Source of the DNA: Pirellulaceae bacterium
GTDB lineage: Bacteria > Planctomycetota > Planctomycetia > Pirellulales > Pirellulaceae
Reading direction: 5' to 3'
Assembly: GCA_041739135.1 (NCBI GenBank)
Contig: JBGSOM010000126.1
Coordinates: 486-64,485 of the forward strand
Length of the DNA: 64,000 bases
The notes beneath the pieces are model-generated. The model saw nothing but the letters and a program-made list of their open reading frames with translations. It was not told the origin of the DNA and made no database searches. Shown here piece by piece: positions 47,954-57,951 of the stretch. Position 1 is the stretch's first letter; each line of letters begins with the position of its first letter. The translations under genes and the position numbers were made by a program.

Positions 47954-50900
47954 TTAAGGCAGTTCAACTTGCGTTGGGCTAGCCAAGTAGCCGATCAGGT
48001 CGCGGATTTGATTGGGGGTCAATTGCTGCAAAACGCCTTCGGGCATCATGGAGACTTTGGAAAGCGTCCGTTGCTCGATTTCGGATACGGGCACAACTAG
48101 CTTCTCGTTGGCGGTTTGAATGGTTAGCGATTGGTCGCTCTCGTCAATAACCATCCCCGTTACAACGCGGCCTGAATCGGTGAGCACTATTTCCATCTGA
48201 TAGTCTTTTGCGACCGCACCGCTTGGGTCAATCAAGTTCTCCAGCACATAATCCAAATTGCTACGCTGCGATCCTGTGATGTCTGGTCCAATCACACCGC
48301 CGGTACCAAACAGACGATGACAGCTCGCGCAGTTCTTCTCAAACAGCACGCGACCAGCCGACAACTTCGCGCGCTTCAATACTTCGGGAGTCAACCGTTT
48401 CTTGAACGACGCGATCAATTTTGACTTATCCGCCGAAGTACTTCGCAACTCACCCCACGCTTCCGTCACCCGCTTCGTCAACTCTGCATCGTTCAGACTT
48501 AACAATTGCCTCGCAGTAAACGCAGTCACGTCTTTACGCGCGACCTGTTGCGTTTCAATCGCATCCATCAACTTCGCAGCCCAATCGCGGCGCGAAGCCA
48601 ATGTCTGCAGCGCATCCTGTCGCGACGAACTATCGAACGCCTCAAATCGCGCGAGCAACTCGGTCGGTGTGGACGCCTCACTGAACTCGGCCAACCCACG
48701 AATCGCTTCCGCTTGCACCATCGCGTCGTCCAGCAAACTGAACAGCAACTGCGCTGTACCGTCAGCTCGTTTGGCCACCAGCGATCGCACCGCACGCTGT
48801 CGATCCGGTCCTGAAGCCTTTCGATCAGCCGCTAAACTTCGCAGCGATTTTAAAGCTCGCACATCGTTAAACACTAGCGCCAATTCGATCGCAGCTAAGC
48901 GCACTCGCGCCGACTCGCTCGCATCCAGTCGCGCAAACGCAGTCGTCCAATTCAGCGGCATCGTCACCGAACGTTGGCCTTCCAAACCTTTCAAGATGCC
49001 GGTCAACAAATCGAACTGAACCGTAGAATCACTGTTCTCTTCAACCAGCAACTTCACCAACCCCTCAATCCCTATCTTGGACTGCGAATGGGAAGCGATG
49101 CGTCGCGCCATGTGGTTGCGGACCAAAGGGATCGCGGCGCTTCGAGCCAACGCGAGGTACTTCGTCAAGTCTTCATCCACCAGCGGTTCGATGCCATACC
49201 AAATCATCAACGGCAAATTTTGATCGCCAGCATCTTCGGCGCGAGCAACAAGCTCTTTAGCAATTTCCCAGCGTTCATTCATCGGCAGTCGTTGCAGCGA
49301 ACTCGCCAAATGCAAGCGCACGTAAGCCGACGCGTCATTCGCGGCCATCTTCGCAAGTTGCTGAAGGCCCGTTCGCCCAGCTTGAAAATCTTCGCACAGC
49401 AATCGCACCGCCCAAGCTCGGACGTAATCACTTTCATGCTGCAATTGACTAAGCAAGAACGCATCATCGACTTCATTCATCGCATACAACGTCCACAGAG
49501 CTCGCAGCTTTCGCGGCACGTCCTGCTGCTCAGCAAACATCTTCCGCAACATCGACGCAGCCGAAGCCACATCGGCTCCAGCCGCCGACCGCTCCTGCAA
49601 CACTCGCCGCGCATGACGCACGAACCACTCATTGCGATGCAAATGCAACTGCACCAACTCGTCATTCGACAAACTTGCAATATTCACTGACGGCTGTTGA
49701 ACATCGCCATACGTCACTTTGAAAATGCGTCCCGTCTCGCGCTGTGTATTACGGACACTGTGACACTCACCAATGTCCGACCAATCACTCACAAACACAC
49801 CACCGTCGGGACCGTAAGCGATATTCACTCCAACATGCCAAGGGTCTTTCGAACGGATCACGTCAGGTCGATGACTTGCTGTGTAACCCGATCCTTTGCG
49901 TTCCAACTTATCTTGGTTGACGCGTTTGCCGTGAATGTTGTTCATGAAGACGGACCCACGATACTCATCCGGCCAGTTATCACCCAAGTAAACCATCGTG
50001 CCGCAATGAGCGTGACCGCCACCCAGCTCGTCTTCTTCAGCGCTGCCGATTCCAGCGTGGAAATCCTGTGAACCCAAGAAATGCAAATGGTCCGCAATCG
50101 TATCGATGCGCTGATAAGCAAAACGACTCGACTCGCGATTGCGCCACGGTTCGTAGTGCGCGCCGTAGATCACATGGAACAGATGCGGATTGACGCAGTT
50201 TGAAACAAACGCGTCGCCATACTCATTCCAATCGATGCCCCACGGGTTCGTCGTACCATCAGCGTACGGTTCCCACATATGCTTGACGGGATGATAACGG
50301 TACACACCGCCATCAAATTGCTTTCGCTCAGCATCCGGAGTTCCCGGCTTGGCTATGCGCGAGTAATTCGTACGTCCGTGCGTGCCATACAACCAACCAT
50401 CCGGCCCCCAAGCGAAACCATTGGCCAAGTTGTGACTGTTCGCGTGATTGCCAAATCCATCGAGCAGCACGATCGGTTCACCGTCAGGAACATCGTTGCC
50501 ATCGCGATCTGGTATGAAGTAGAAATTGGGCGGCGACATCACCCACGCACCGCCAAAGCCAACTTCGATACCGGTGACATAGTTCAGTTGATCGTAGAAC
50601 ACCGAACGCCTATCGAACTTGCCATCGCCATCTGCATCTTCCAAGATGATGATGCGGTCGCCCGGTTTGTCGCCATGATTTGGATAGTTGTAAGCCTCAG
50701 CCACCCACATCCGTCCACGATCATCAAAGCAGAAACCGACCGGCTGCATTACGTCGGGCTCCGCCGCGAACAGAGTTACCTTGAACCCCTCCGGCACGAT
50801 CATCGAGCTCGCGGCCTCCTCGGCAGGCATTGGCGCAGCCGCTTGCTCAGTCGCGCTCGGCTGCTGAGCCCATAAACATTTCGAACCCGCTGCGATCAAC

Positions 50901-51034
50901 AGCACGCAAGCAACCGTCACGATTCGTCGAAGTCGATTCACCAAAGGCCACGGTTGATAGAGGAGACATGAATCATCAGTTTGCATTGAAATAGACTCGG
51001 AAAGCGGCTTTGTATCGGATTCAACTCGCAGCAT
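47954..51034 (-). CDS. PVC-type haem-binding protein: beta-propeller dehydrogenase-like domain + HEAT repeats + C-terminal cytochrome c
   Basis: 1,026 aa. MWVAEAYNYPNHGDKPGDRIIILEDADGDGKFD (propeller), long helical repeat region, and CASCH at 48317-48331. It is a paralogue of the C-terminal two-thirds of the 9786..14201 product. M17 (50986) is an alternative start. Confidence 0.85.
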   Translation of the reverse strand: MLRVESDTKPLSESISMQTDDSCLLYQPWPLVNRLRRIVTVACVLLIAAGSKCLWAQQPSATEQAAAPMPAEEAASSMIVPEGFKVTLFAAEPDVMQPVGFCFDDRGRMWVAEAYNYPNHGDKPGDRIIILEDADGDGKFDRRSVFYDQLNYVTGIEVGFGGAWVMSPPNFYFIPDRDGNDVPDGEPIVLLDGFGNHANSHNLANGFAWGPDGWLYGTHGRTNYSRIAKPGTPDAERKQFDGGVYRYHPVKHMWEPYADGTTNPWGIDWNEYGDAFVSNCVNPHLFHVIYGAHYEPWRNRESSRFAYQRIDTIADHLHFLGSQDFHAGIGSAEEDELGGGHAHCGTMVYLGDNWPDEYRGSVFMNNIHGKRVNQDKLERKGSGYTASHRPDVIRSKDPWHVGVNIAYGPDGGVFVSDWSDIGECHSVRNTQRETGRIFKVTYGDVQQPSVNIASLSNDELVQLHLHRNEWFVRHARRVLQERSAAGADVASAASMLRKMFAEQQDVPRKLRALWTLYAMNEVDDAFLLSQLQHESDYVRAWAVRLLCEDFQAGRTGLQQLAKMAANDASAYVRLHLASSLQRLPMNERWEIAKELVARAEDAGDQNLPLMIWYGIEPLVDEDLTKYLALARSAAIPLVRNHMARRIASHSQSKIGIEGLVKLLVEENSDSTVQFDLLTGILKGLEGQRSVTMPLNWTTAFARLDASESARVRLAAIELALVFNDVRALKSLRSLAADRKASGPDRQRAVRSLVAKRADGTAQLLFSLLDDAMVQAEAIRGLAEFSEASTPTELLARFEAFDSSSRQDALQTLASRRDWAAKLMDAIETQQVARKDVTAFTARQLLSLNDAELTKRVTEAWGELRSTSADKSKLIASFKKRLTPEVLKRAKLSAGRVLFEKNCASCHRLFGTGGVIGPDITGSQRSNLDYVLENLIDPSGAVAKDYQMEIVLTDSGRVVTGMVIDESDQSLTIQTANEKLVVPVSEIEQRTLSKVSMMPEGVLQQLTPNQIRDLIGYLASPTQVELP

Positions 51035-51144
51035 TATATGCTCGCTAACACATGCTCACGGACCAATTCTCGCTAAACCTGCTGCTACTGAATTCATAGT
51101 CCAGTGCTGCATTACAGCCTAATTTGAGGGTGGCGTATTTGTAG

Positions 51145-51164
51145 GACGGACTTCCAAGTCCGTC
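51145..51164. repeat. Palindromic REP-like hairpin GACGGACTTCCAAGTCCGTC
   Basis: GACGGACT-TCCA-AGTCCGTC gives an 8-9 bp perfect stem in the spacer between the haem-protein gene and the Uma2 gene. It resembles palindromes that I recall as dispersed in Pirellulaceae genomes. Confidence 0.6.
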
Positions 51165-51385
51165 AGCGTCGCTAAATAGGCGACCCAGGAAAAACAAAGC
51201 ACTAGCTTGTCAGTCGACATTATTCGCCATTTTCCGGCCGCGGCTCTTGCGGCGCGTGTTGCCTGCAAGAACCAATCGCAAACGGACAGTTTCGTTAGCA
51301 CGGAGAACTAGAGTAATGCCAACTCAGCCAAAATTGGTTAAAGTGAAAGCAGACGTTCACGGGAAAAATTTTCGGATCAGATCGA

Positions 51386-51961
51386 ATGGCGACGATTCCC
51401 AAACACTACATGACTGCCGACGAATATCTGCAAAAGGAGCGAACGGCCGAGTTTCGGTCCGAGTACTTTCGCGGCGAAATGTTTGCTATGGCAGGCGCAT
51501 CGGCCAATCATAACTTGATTGTAGGAAACTGCATCCAAGCTCTTGGTCAGCAACTCAAGAAAAAGCCTTGCCGAGTCTATCCAAGCGATTTGAAACTGCG
51601 GATCGAAGCGACGGGTTTGTACACCTACCCGGATCTCTCAGTCGTATGCGGCGAACCTCAATTGGACTCCGATGGCGTCGACGTGCTGCTGAACCCAGTA
51701 GTGCTTGTCGAAGTACTTTCAGATTCGACCGAAGCTTACGATCGCGGGAAGAAGTTTGAACACTACCGAACCATTCCAAGTTTGATGCACTATATCTTGG
51801 TTGCGCAGGATCGACACTCGATCGATTGTTTTTCTCGCCACACCAATGGCAGCTGGTTTTTAGCCACATGCCAAGCTCTCGGGGAAAAGCTGGTGTTCAG
51901 CGCAATTGACTGTGAGTTGGCTATTGAAGATGTCTATGACAAGGTCGTCTTTGCGAGTTAG
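51386..51961 (+). CDS. Uma2-family (DUF820) endonuclease
   Basis: 191 aa. MTADEYLQKERTAEFRSEYFRGEMFAMAGASANHNLIVGN...YPDLSVVCG...VLLVEVLSDSTEAYDRGKKFEHYR matches the PD-(D/E)xK Uma2 pattern. Confidence 0.8.
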   Translation: MATIPKHYMTADEYLQKERTAEFRSEYFRGEMFAMAGASANHNLIVGNCIQALGQQLKKKPCRVYPSDLKLRIEATGLYTYPDLSVVCGEPQLDSDGVDVLLNPVVLVEVLSDSTEAYDRGKKFEHYRTIPSLMHYILVAQDRHSIDCFSRHTNGSWFLATCQALGEKLVFSAIDCELAIEDVYDKVVFAS

Positions 51962-52008
51962 AGCGTAAGTTAATCTGCGTTGCAACACTCGTCCGAATCG
52001 CGTTGAAC

Positions 52009-54024
52009 TTACTTGTCACCAGCTTCAGCGATCTTCATTTTTAGTGTTGGAACATCGTAACGCTTTGCTTCACCCACTTCAAAATCAACTGAAGTCGTAC
52101 CAGCGTCCACGTGGCTTGCCGAAATCGTCCAGGTCATTCCCGGCCCCAGTGCTGCGAAAGTGAACTTACCCTCCGCATCGGTTAGTCCCTCAATCGCGAG
52201 CCGCGTAGCAGCCCAATTGCGATGCGCGGTGATTCGGCAACGCTCAAGTGGCTCGCCTTCGTCATTCACAACCGTGCACTCAAGCGTTGCGGCCGGTGCG
52301 AGCACGATTTCCGTCTCCTCCGCGTCAGCGTCAATTTCGCGTGTACCGAAAAGTCGTTTCTCTGCGCTGATCGCGATCACACGCAACTTGTCATTCCACT
52401 TCTCCGTCTCGAAGGTGCCGTCCGTTTTGCATTGCACCTTGAAACCCGCATGAGTCGGAGCTCCAATCGATTCGCCCACGATGAGTGCACTCACCGGCTC
52501 GCCGTCGCTATCGACTACTTTTCCAGCCAGCGGTCCGCGTGGCAAGTGATCCACGTGACAATCCAATTCGATGTCTTCGTCTTTAACTTCAATCATCGAA
52601 GCGTTGTCTTCGAGTAAACGAAGCGAGTAGCTTCCCGGACCAACGCGAAACCGATAGCGACCATTCTTATCCGACTGACTCCAGCGCACCAACTCCGCCC
52701 CGTTTTCCGCTTGCTGAATCAACGTCGCTGTTTGGTCTCTCGCAGGCTGGCGATCGGGACCTTGCGTGAATTTGCCCGAGACGACAAACCCTTCAACCAG
52801 TTTCAAGTCGACATTCTCCCGCAGTTTGCCTTCGAGCGTTGCGGGTATCTCGATACTCTCAGCAGCCATCTGCTCATCCGTCACCGCGATCAAAGTTGCT
52901 TGGTCGGGATAGATAGAAAACTCATATGTGCCATCCGCTTTCGTAGAAGTATGACCACGAAAATACATGTTCGTCGCACCGCGTCCTTCACCTTGCAATC
53001 GAATGCCCGACGCGGGGGAACCATCCTCGCGAGTCACTTTGCCGCGAATCGTGACCAGCTTATATACCTTCGCAACCGCCTCGCCGGTCTTATCACCTAC
53101 GGCGATGTAAGGTAACTCGGCGCAGTAATATTTTTTATCATGCAGCAGAAAGTTAACGCCTGCTGTTAGATCGTGTGGCATAAAGCGAAACTCAGCGATA
53201 CCGTTCGCGTCGGACTTGCCAAGTTCTAGCCCGCCGATATTGGCGCGATCGCGTTTGCCAACTTTTTGAATCGTCCATGGAGTCACTGGCACACCTGCTA
53301 CGGGTTGACCGTTCGAGTCCTCAACTTTGACTCGCATCGTCGTCGCACCGCTCAACGTCAAACGAATCGAGTTCGGCAAGTCCGCTTTGTTTTCCAGCAA
53401 AAACGAAGTCGCGTTTTCAAAGTAATCGAGGCCGCAATCATCCTTATACGCCACGACCCATTGCGCGGGTGAACCGTCCGGATAACTCAGTTGTATCCGC
53501 CCCTGCGCATCCGACTGTCCCGCTTGTAAGTCCCGGTAGTCGACCAACAAACGCACTGTTGCACCTTCGATAGGCTGACCCGCTTGATCAACTACGGTCA
53601 CCTCTGTTTGACGAAACGGCTTGAGCGTAACGCGAAAGATGTTTTGACTGACCGAAGTGTATTCGTATCCGCTGATGTAACCTGCCAGTTGGTTGGTTTC
53701 GTCGCGAACGAGAATTGATGCCCCGTAGTACGCATCGTTGGGAAATCGCATCAGAAAAGCGCCACCGGCAACGGTCTTCGTCGAGACTTTGGGTAACCGA
53801 TCACCGACTTGCATTGTCTCGACCACTGCGCCAACAACCGGCTTGCCCGCTTCGTCGACAACGATCCCGCGCAGCAGCACCGTCGGCTTGTCCGAATCAG
53901 CCTCTTGGGTCGCCCATGAAGTTGCCAAAGCAGTCGACAGTGTAGTCGTGCTGAAGAATAGCACAGACAACCATAGCCCGCACCCACCAGAGCCAACTTT
54001 CATGTAGTCAAAAATCGCAAGCAT
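52009..54024 (-). CDS. Secreted protein built of at least 6 tandem carboxypeptidase-regulatory-like (Cna-B/transthyretin-like) domains
   Basis: Six repeats of the G.VVD..G.PV.GA.V type (GIVVDEAGKPVVGAVV, VTVVDQAGQPIEGATV, VKVEDSNGQPVAGVPV, GKVTREDGSPASGIRL, GKVVDSDGEPVSALIV, CTVVNDEGEPLERCRI). The start is uncertain: ATG 54024 (GGAGGA 14 nt upstream), ATG 54003, or the track start 54171. Confidence 0.7.
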   Translation of the reverse strand: MLAIFDYMKVGSGGCGLWLSVLFFSTTTLSTALATSWATQEADSDKPTVLLRGIVVDEAGKPVVGAVVETMQVGDRLPKVSTKTVAGGAFLMRFPNDAYYGASILVRDETNQLAGYISGYEYTSVSQNIFRVTLKPFRQTEVTVVDQAGQPIEGATVRLLVDYRDLQAGQSDAQGRIQLSYPDGSPAQWVVAYKDDCGLDYFENATSFLLENKADLPNSIRLTLSGATTMRVKVEDSNGQPVAGVPVTPWTIQKVGKRDRANIGGLELGKSDANGIAEFRFMPHDLTAGVNFLLHDKKYYCAELPYIAVGDKTGEAVAKVYKLVTIRGKVTREDGSPASGIRLQGEGRGATNMYFRGHTSTKADGTYEFSIYPDQATLIAVTDEQMAAESIEIPATLEGKLRENVDLKLVEGFVVSGKFTQGPDRQPARDQTATLIQQAENGAELVRWSQSDKNGRYRFRVGPGSYSLRLLEDNASMIEVKDEDIELDCHVDHLPRGPLAGKVVDSDGEPVSALIVGESIGAPTHAGFKVQCKTDGTFETEKWNDKLRVIAISAEKRLFGTREIDADAEETEIVLAPAATLECTVVNDEGEPLERCRITAHRNWAATRLAIEGLTDAEGKFTFAALGPGMTWTISASHVDAGTTSVDFEVGEAKRYDVPTLKMKIAEAGDK

Positions 54025-54527
54025 GCTGTACCTTAGACTCCTCCGATGGAATAACGTGGTGGCGACTTTCAGTCGCCAATCCATGAAGCATCTCTTAGTA
54101 TGACGGAGAGCGAACCCAATTACCTTAACAGAAGCAATAAACTTAAATCGCAGGACCGGTAGTTTACTCACCGCAAGTGGCTAAATTTCTGCCTGCGATT
54201 AAGCTGTTCCGCAGTCTTCCGTCGCGTCTCCACAACCGCCCAAGTAAAGTTTGATCACGGAACACACCCTGTCAGACAACTTTTGCAGCGACAAGCTGGC
54301 ACTGCCTGTTTGAGTTGAATGCGCGTTAGCCATGGATTACTGGTCACCAATCGGGCGCTGGCATGCACACTTCTCGCCACTGAGCCAATCGACAAGCAGC
54401 TTGTCCGGCGACTCAAAATCGACTTGGTACACTATTTGCCAAACGTAGGGCCGCACTGCTTTTGCGATGCTCAGTCAGAGGCTCAGATATCAATAGCCCA
54501 CGTTTTCAATTACTCAGAGGAATACGC

Positions 54528-55538
54528 GTGTTCAGAAACACCAAGCTCGGATTTACGCTCGTCGAATTGCTGGTCGTGATCGCCATCATCGGCATTCTTG
54601 TCGGTCTGCTGCTACCTGCCGTGCAAGCTGCGCGTGAAGCCGCGCGACGGATGAGTTGCCAGAACAATCTCAAGCAGATGGGATTGGCGCTGCACAATTA
54701 CGAGAGCGCACACCGAAGGTTTCCACCATCTGCGGTGGTTGATATGAGCGTCTCGGCAACGGGTAACAACGGATCATGGGGCGTGCACGGTCGCATTCTG
54801 CCATACCTCGAACAAGCCAACCTGGCGAACTTGGTCGACATCACCACCGCTTGGGATTTTCAGATGGTGATCAACGACCTGAAGGTACCCACCTACAGTT
54901 GCCCAAGCGATCGGCGCGGCGACGAAATTCGCGTCGTTGGCGCAGGCCGTCCGAACCTTTATCCAACTAGCTATGGCTTTAGCTTCGGCACTTGGTTCGT
55001 TTTCTCGCCAACCAATCGCAACGGTTGCGACGGCATGTTCTTTCCCAACTCATTCTTGCGCATGGCCAGCTGCACTGACGGCACCAGTAACACGTTACTG
55101 GTCAGCGAAGTGAAAGCATGGACACCTTACAATCGCAACGGTGGCCCTTCGACAACGACCATCCCCAACACCTCTGCCGAAGCTGCAGTTATCGTAGCTA
55201 CCGGTACCGATTTCAAGAACACGGGCCACACCGAATGGCCCGACGGTCGCGTGCATCACACTGGCGTGACCGCAACACTGACTCCCAACACGAAAGTTCC
55301 CTACACGAGCGGCGGAGTGCAGTACGCTGAGACTGATTACAATTCGTGGCAAGAGGGACGCAACGGTAGCTCCGGCAGCCCGACCTACGCCTTCATCACT
55401 GCGCGCAGCTACCACACCGGCGTCGTCAACTCAGCACGTGTTGATGGCTCAGTGCAAACCGTTTCCGACAGTATCGATCTCGCCACTTGGCGCGCCATCG
55501 CAACCCGCGCCGGCGGCGAGACGATTTCGATCGAATAA
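54528..55538 (+). CDS. DUF1559 / H-X9-DG pseudopilin-like protein with prepilin-type N-terminal methylation motif
   Basis: GFTLVELLVVIAIIGILVGLLLPAVQAAREAARRMSCQNNLKQMGLALHNYES and C-terminal SYHTGVVNSARVDGSV (H-X9-DG). GTG at 54528 is preceded by AGAGGA. The track start at 54462 is further upstream. Confidence 0.88.
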   Translation: MFRNTKLGFTLVELLVVIAIIGILVGLLLPAVQAAREAARRMSCQNNLKQMGLALHNYESAHRRFPPSAVVDMSVSATGNNGSWGVHGRILPYLEQANLANLVDITTAWDFQMVINDLKVPTYSCPSDRRGDEIRVVGAGRPNLYPTSYGFSFGTWFVFSPTNRNGCDGMFFPNSFLRMASCTDGTSNTLLVSEVKAWTPYNRNGGPSTTTIPNTSAEAAVIVATGTDFKNTGHTEWPDGRVHHTGVTATLTPNTKVPYTSGGVQYAETDYNSWQEGRNGSSGSPTYAFITARSYHTGVVNSARVDGSVQTVSDSIDLATWRAIATRAGGETISIE

Positions 55539-55815
55539 TTGGATTTAATCGCACCCACGATTTAACGTCTTGCGCGCTGTATCGCTTCATGAGCCTGAGG
55601 CGCTAGCCGATTTACTCACCTCAATTACAGTCAATCCAATTTAAACGCTGCGTGTTTTGCTATATCTAAATTCTCGGCTAGCGTCGTGGGATCATTGGTT
55701 TACTAGCCGTACTTCGTATCAACAGAGTCTGGCGCGAGCGCAAGAGTTCAGCACCGGCAGTTAATTCTTAGTATCATCAAACAGGTGCGAGTCCTTCCAC
55801 TCTCTCTTTCCTGTG

Positions 55816-57246
55816 ATGAGTAGCGCTATGTCCCGATCCACGTTACTGCTCTGTGTGATACTGGTCTTTGCCGCATCGTCTGCAGTGGTAGCTGATGATG
55901 CCGCCCTGCAGCGCAAGTCGGCAGCCGTCGAAGCGATGAAACGAGCCACCGAGTTCTTTCGTGCGCAAGTCGCCAGCCACGGGGGCTACGTCTACCACTA
56001 CTCGATCGATCTCAAGCAGCGATGGGGCGAAGGCGAAGCGACGAAGGATCAGATCTGGGTCCAACCGCCGGGCACACCGACTGTGGGCTTGGCTTACGTT
56101 GCTGCTTACAAGGCCACCGGCGATCGCTATTACCTGGAAGCCATCGACGAAGTTGCCCAAGCCCTCATCTATGGCCAACTCAAATCAGGCGGCTGGACGA
56201 ATTGCATTGATTTCGATCCCAAGGGAACGCTGGTCGCTCAGTATCGCAATGGACGTGGCAAAGGCAAGAACAACTCGTCGCTCGACGACGGCCAGACGCA
56301 GACTGCCATTCGTTTCATGATCCAAGCCGACGCGGCTTTCGAATTCAAGAACGCAGCCATCCACGACTCCGCCACTCGCGCACTCGACGCATTGCTCGCC
56401 GCGCAATTTCCAAGTGGCGGCTTCCCTCAAGTTTGGACGGGCCCAGTCGCGAAGCACGAACCGGTTCAAGCGAACTTCCCCAAACACGATTATCGCACTG
56501 AAGGCCGCATCAAGAATTACTGGGACATGCCAACACTCAATGACAACGTTTGCGTCCACGTCGCACATACACTGCGCGATGCATACCAAACTTATCAAGA
56601 TGAAAAGTACTTGCATGCACTGAAGAAGCTCGGCGACTTCTTGTTACTCGCGCAGATGCCAGAGCCGCAACCTGCTTGGGCTCAGCAATACAACCTCCAA
56701 ATGCAACCGATCTGGGCGCGAAAGTTCGAACCACCAGCCATCGCCGGGCATGAGTCGCAAAATATTGTCGAATTGCTAATCGAAATCGCAGCCCTCACGG
56801 GCGATAGGAAGTACTTGAGCACGTTACCAAAAGCGATCAACTATCTCCAGCGCAGCAGGTTGCCTGACGGTCAGATTGCCCGCTACTATGAACTTGAAAC
56901 CAACCGACCGCTTTATATGCAGCGCAGCGGTGATCAGTACTCGTTAACATTCGACGACAGCGATCTTCCGTCGCACTATTCGTGGAAATCAAAATCGCAA
57001 GTCAGTAAACTGCAGCGACTGCTCGACAACTATGGAAAACCCGCGAAGCCGAAAAAGTACACCGATGCGGAAGTGATTCAAATCATCGAAGCACTCGACG
57101 CTGAAGGCCGTTGGATCACCACAGCTACCGGTGAGAGGTTGGTTGGTCAAGCCAAATTGAACCGCGGCGAGCAATTCATTTCGTCTGCCGCATTTAGTGA
57201 TAACATCACCGCGCTCAGTACCTACCTTGCCAGTTCAAAGGAGTAG
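55816..57246 (+). CDS. Secreted alpha/alpha-toroid protein, possibly PL10-type pectate lyase-like
   Basis: Signal peptide (STLLLCVILVFAASSAVVA). Repeated GGW/GGF motifs (LKSGGWTNC, FPSGGFPQVW), SLDDGQTQTAIRFM and TLNDNVCVHV blocks resemble the PelA/Pel-15E family as I recall it. This is not verified. Confidence 0.45.
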   Translation: MSSAMSRSTLLLCVILVFAASSAVVADDAALQRKSAAVEAMKRATEFFRAQVASHGGYVYHYSIDLKQRWGEGEATKDQIWVQPPGTPTVGLAYVAAYKATGDRYYLEAIDEVAQALIYGQLKSGGWTNCIDFDPKGTLVAQYRNGRGKGKNNSSLDDGQTQTAIRFMIQADAAFEFKNAAIHDSATRALDALLAAQFPSGGFPQVWTGPVAKHEPVQANFPKHDYRTEGRIKNYWDMPTLNDNVCVHVAHTLRDAYQTYQDEKYLHALKKLGDFLLLAQMPEPQPAWAQQYNLQMQPIWARKFEPPAIAGHESQNIVELLIEIAALTGDRKYLSTLPKAINYLQRSRLPDGQIARYYELETNRPLYMQRSGDQYSLTFDDSDLPSHYSWKSKSQVSKLQRLLDNYGKPAKPKKYTDAEVIQIIEALDAEGRWITTATGERLVGQAKLNRGEQFISSAAFSDNITALSTYLASSKE

Positions 57247-57285
57247 ATCAACCTTGTTGTTTTCGAAGTTGAGAGCGAGTCGATT

Positions 57286-57951
57286 TTAGGCGCTACCATT
57301 CTCTAGCAGCCACTGCACAGCAGCTCGCGACAATTCTGCGGCGTTACCGAGGTCAAGTTTACGTTTGATATTTTCGCGGTGGCTATCGATGGTATAGCGA
57401 CTGAGGAGTAGACGCTCGGCAATGGCGCCGCTGGTCAAGCCTTCACCGATCATGCGGAAGATCTCAAGTTCGCGGTTCGTAAGGTTTTCAATCGGCGATT
57501 TCGATTGGTCGCGAACTCGTAGCGACTGGTTAACCAAGCGACGTGTCATCGCGGGGCTAAGGAATCGCTCACCAGCCAACACGGTTCGAATGGCTTCGTG
57601 CAACTTGACACTTGATTCCTGCTTATTCAGGTAACCCATTGCTCCAGCTTTACATGCTCGTTCAGCGTAGAGCGACTCCTGGAATCCCGATACAACCAGC
57701 GTCTTGATTGCCGGATTATAGGACCGGATACGTTGCAGCAATTCGATTCCATTACCGCTCTTGAGTGAAATGTCCACAAGAACCAAGTCTGGCGCAAACT
57801 GCTTCACCAGATTGTAGGCTTCGTCCTCGGAGTCCGCTTCACCGCAGACTTCCAAATCGGGGTGCATCGCGATACACAAAGACAATCCGTCGCGTACCGA
57901 TGGATGGTCATCAACGATTAGAACTTTCTTGGGTGGGTTTAGTTGCGTCAT
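57286..57951 (-). CDS. NarL/FixJ-type response regulator (REC + LuxR HTH)
   Basis: VLIVDDHPSVRDGL, DLVLVDISL (Asp acceptor), and LTNRELEIFRMIGEGLTSGAIAERLLLSRYTIDSHRENIKRKL (LuxR HTH). ATGA overlap with the kinase stop. Confidence 0.9.
   Translation of the reverse strand: MTQLNPPKKVLIVDDHPSVRDGLSLCIAMHPDLEVCGEADSEDEAYNLVKQFAPDLVLVDISLKSGNGIELLQRIRSYNPAIKTLVVSGFQESLYAERACKAGAMGYLNKQESSVKLHEAIRTVLAGERFLSPAMTRRLVNQSLRVRDQSKSPIENLTNRELEIFRMIGEGLTSGAIAERLLLSRYTIDSHRENIKRKLDLGNAAELSRAAVQWLLENGSA

Noticed and set aside
51386-51961. Uma2 nuclease considered as part of a restriction-modification or defence system
   Set aside because: No methyltransferase, helicase, ATPase or toxin-antitoxin partner is adjacent. 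Uma2/DUF820 genes are typically stand-alone and multi-copy.
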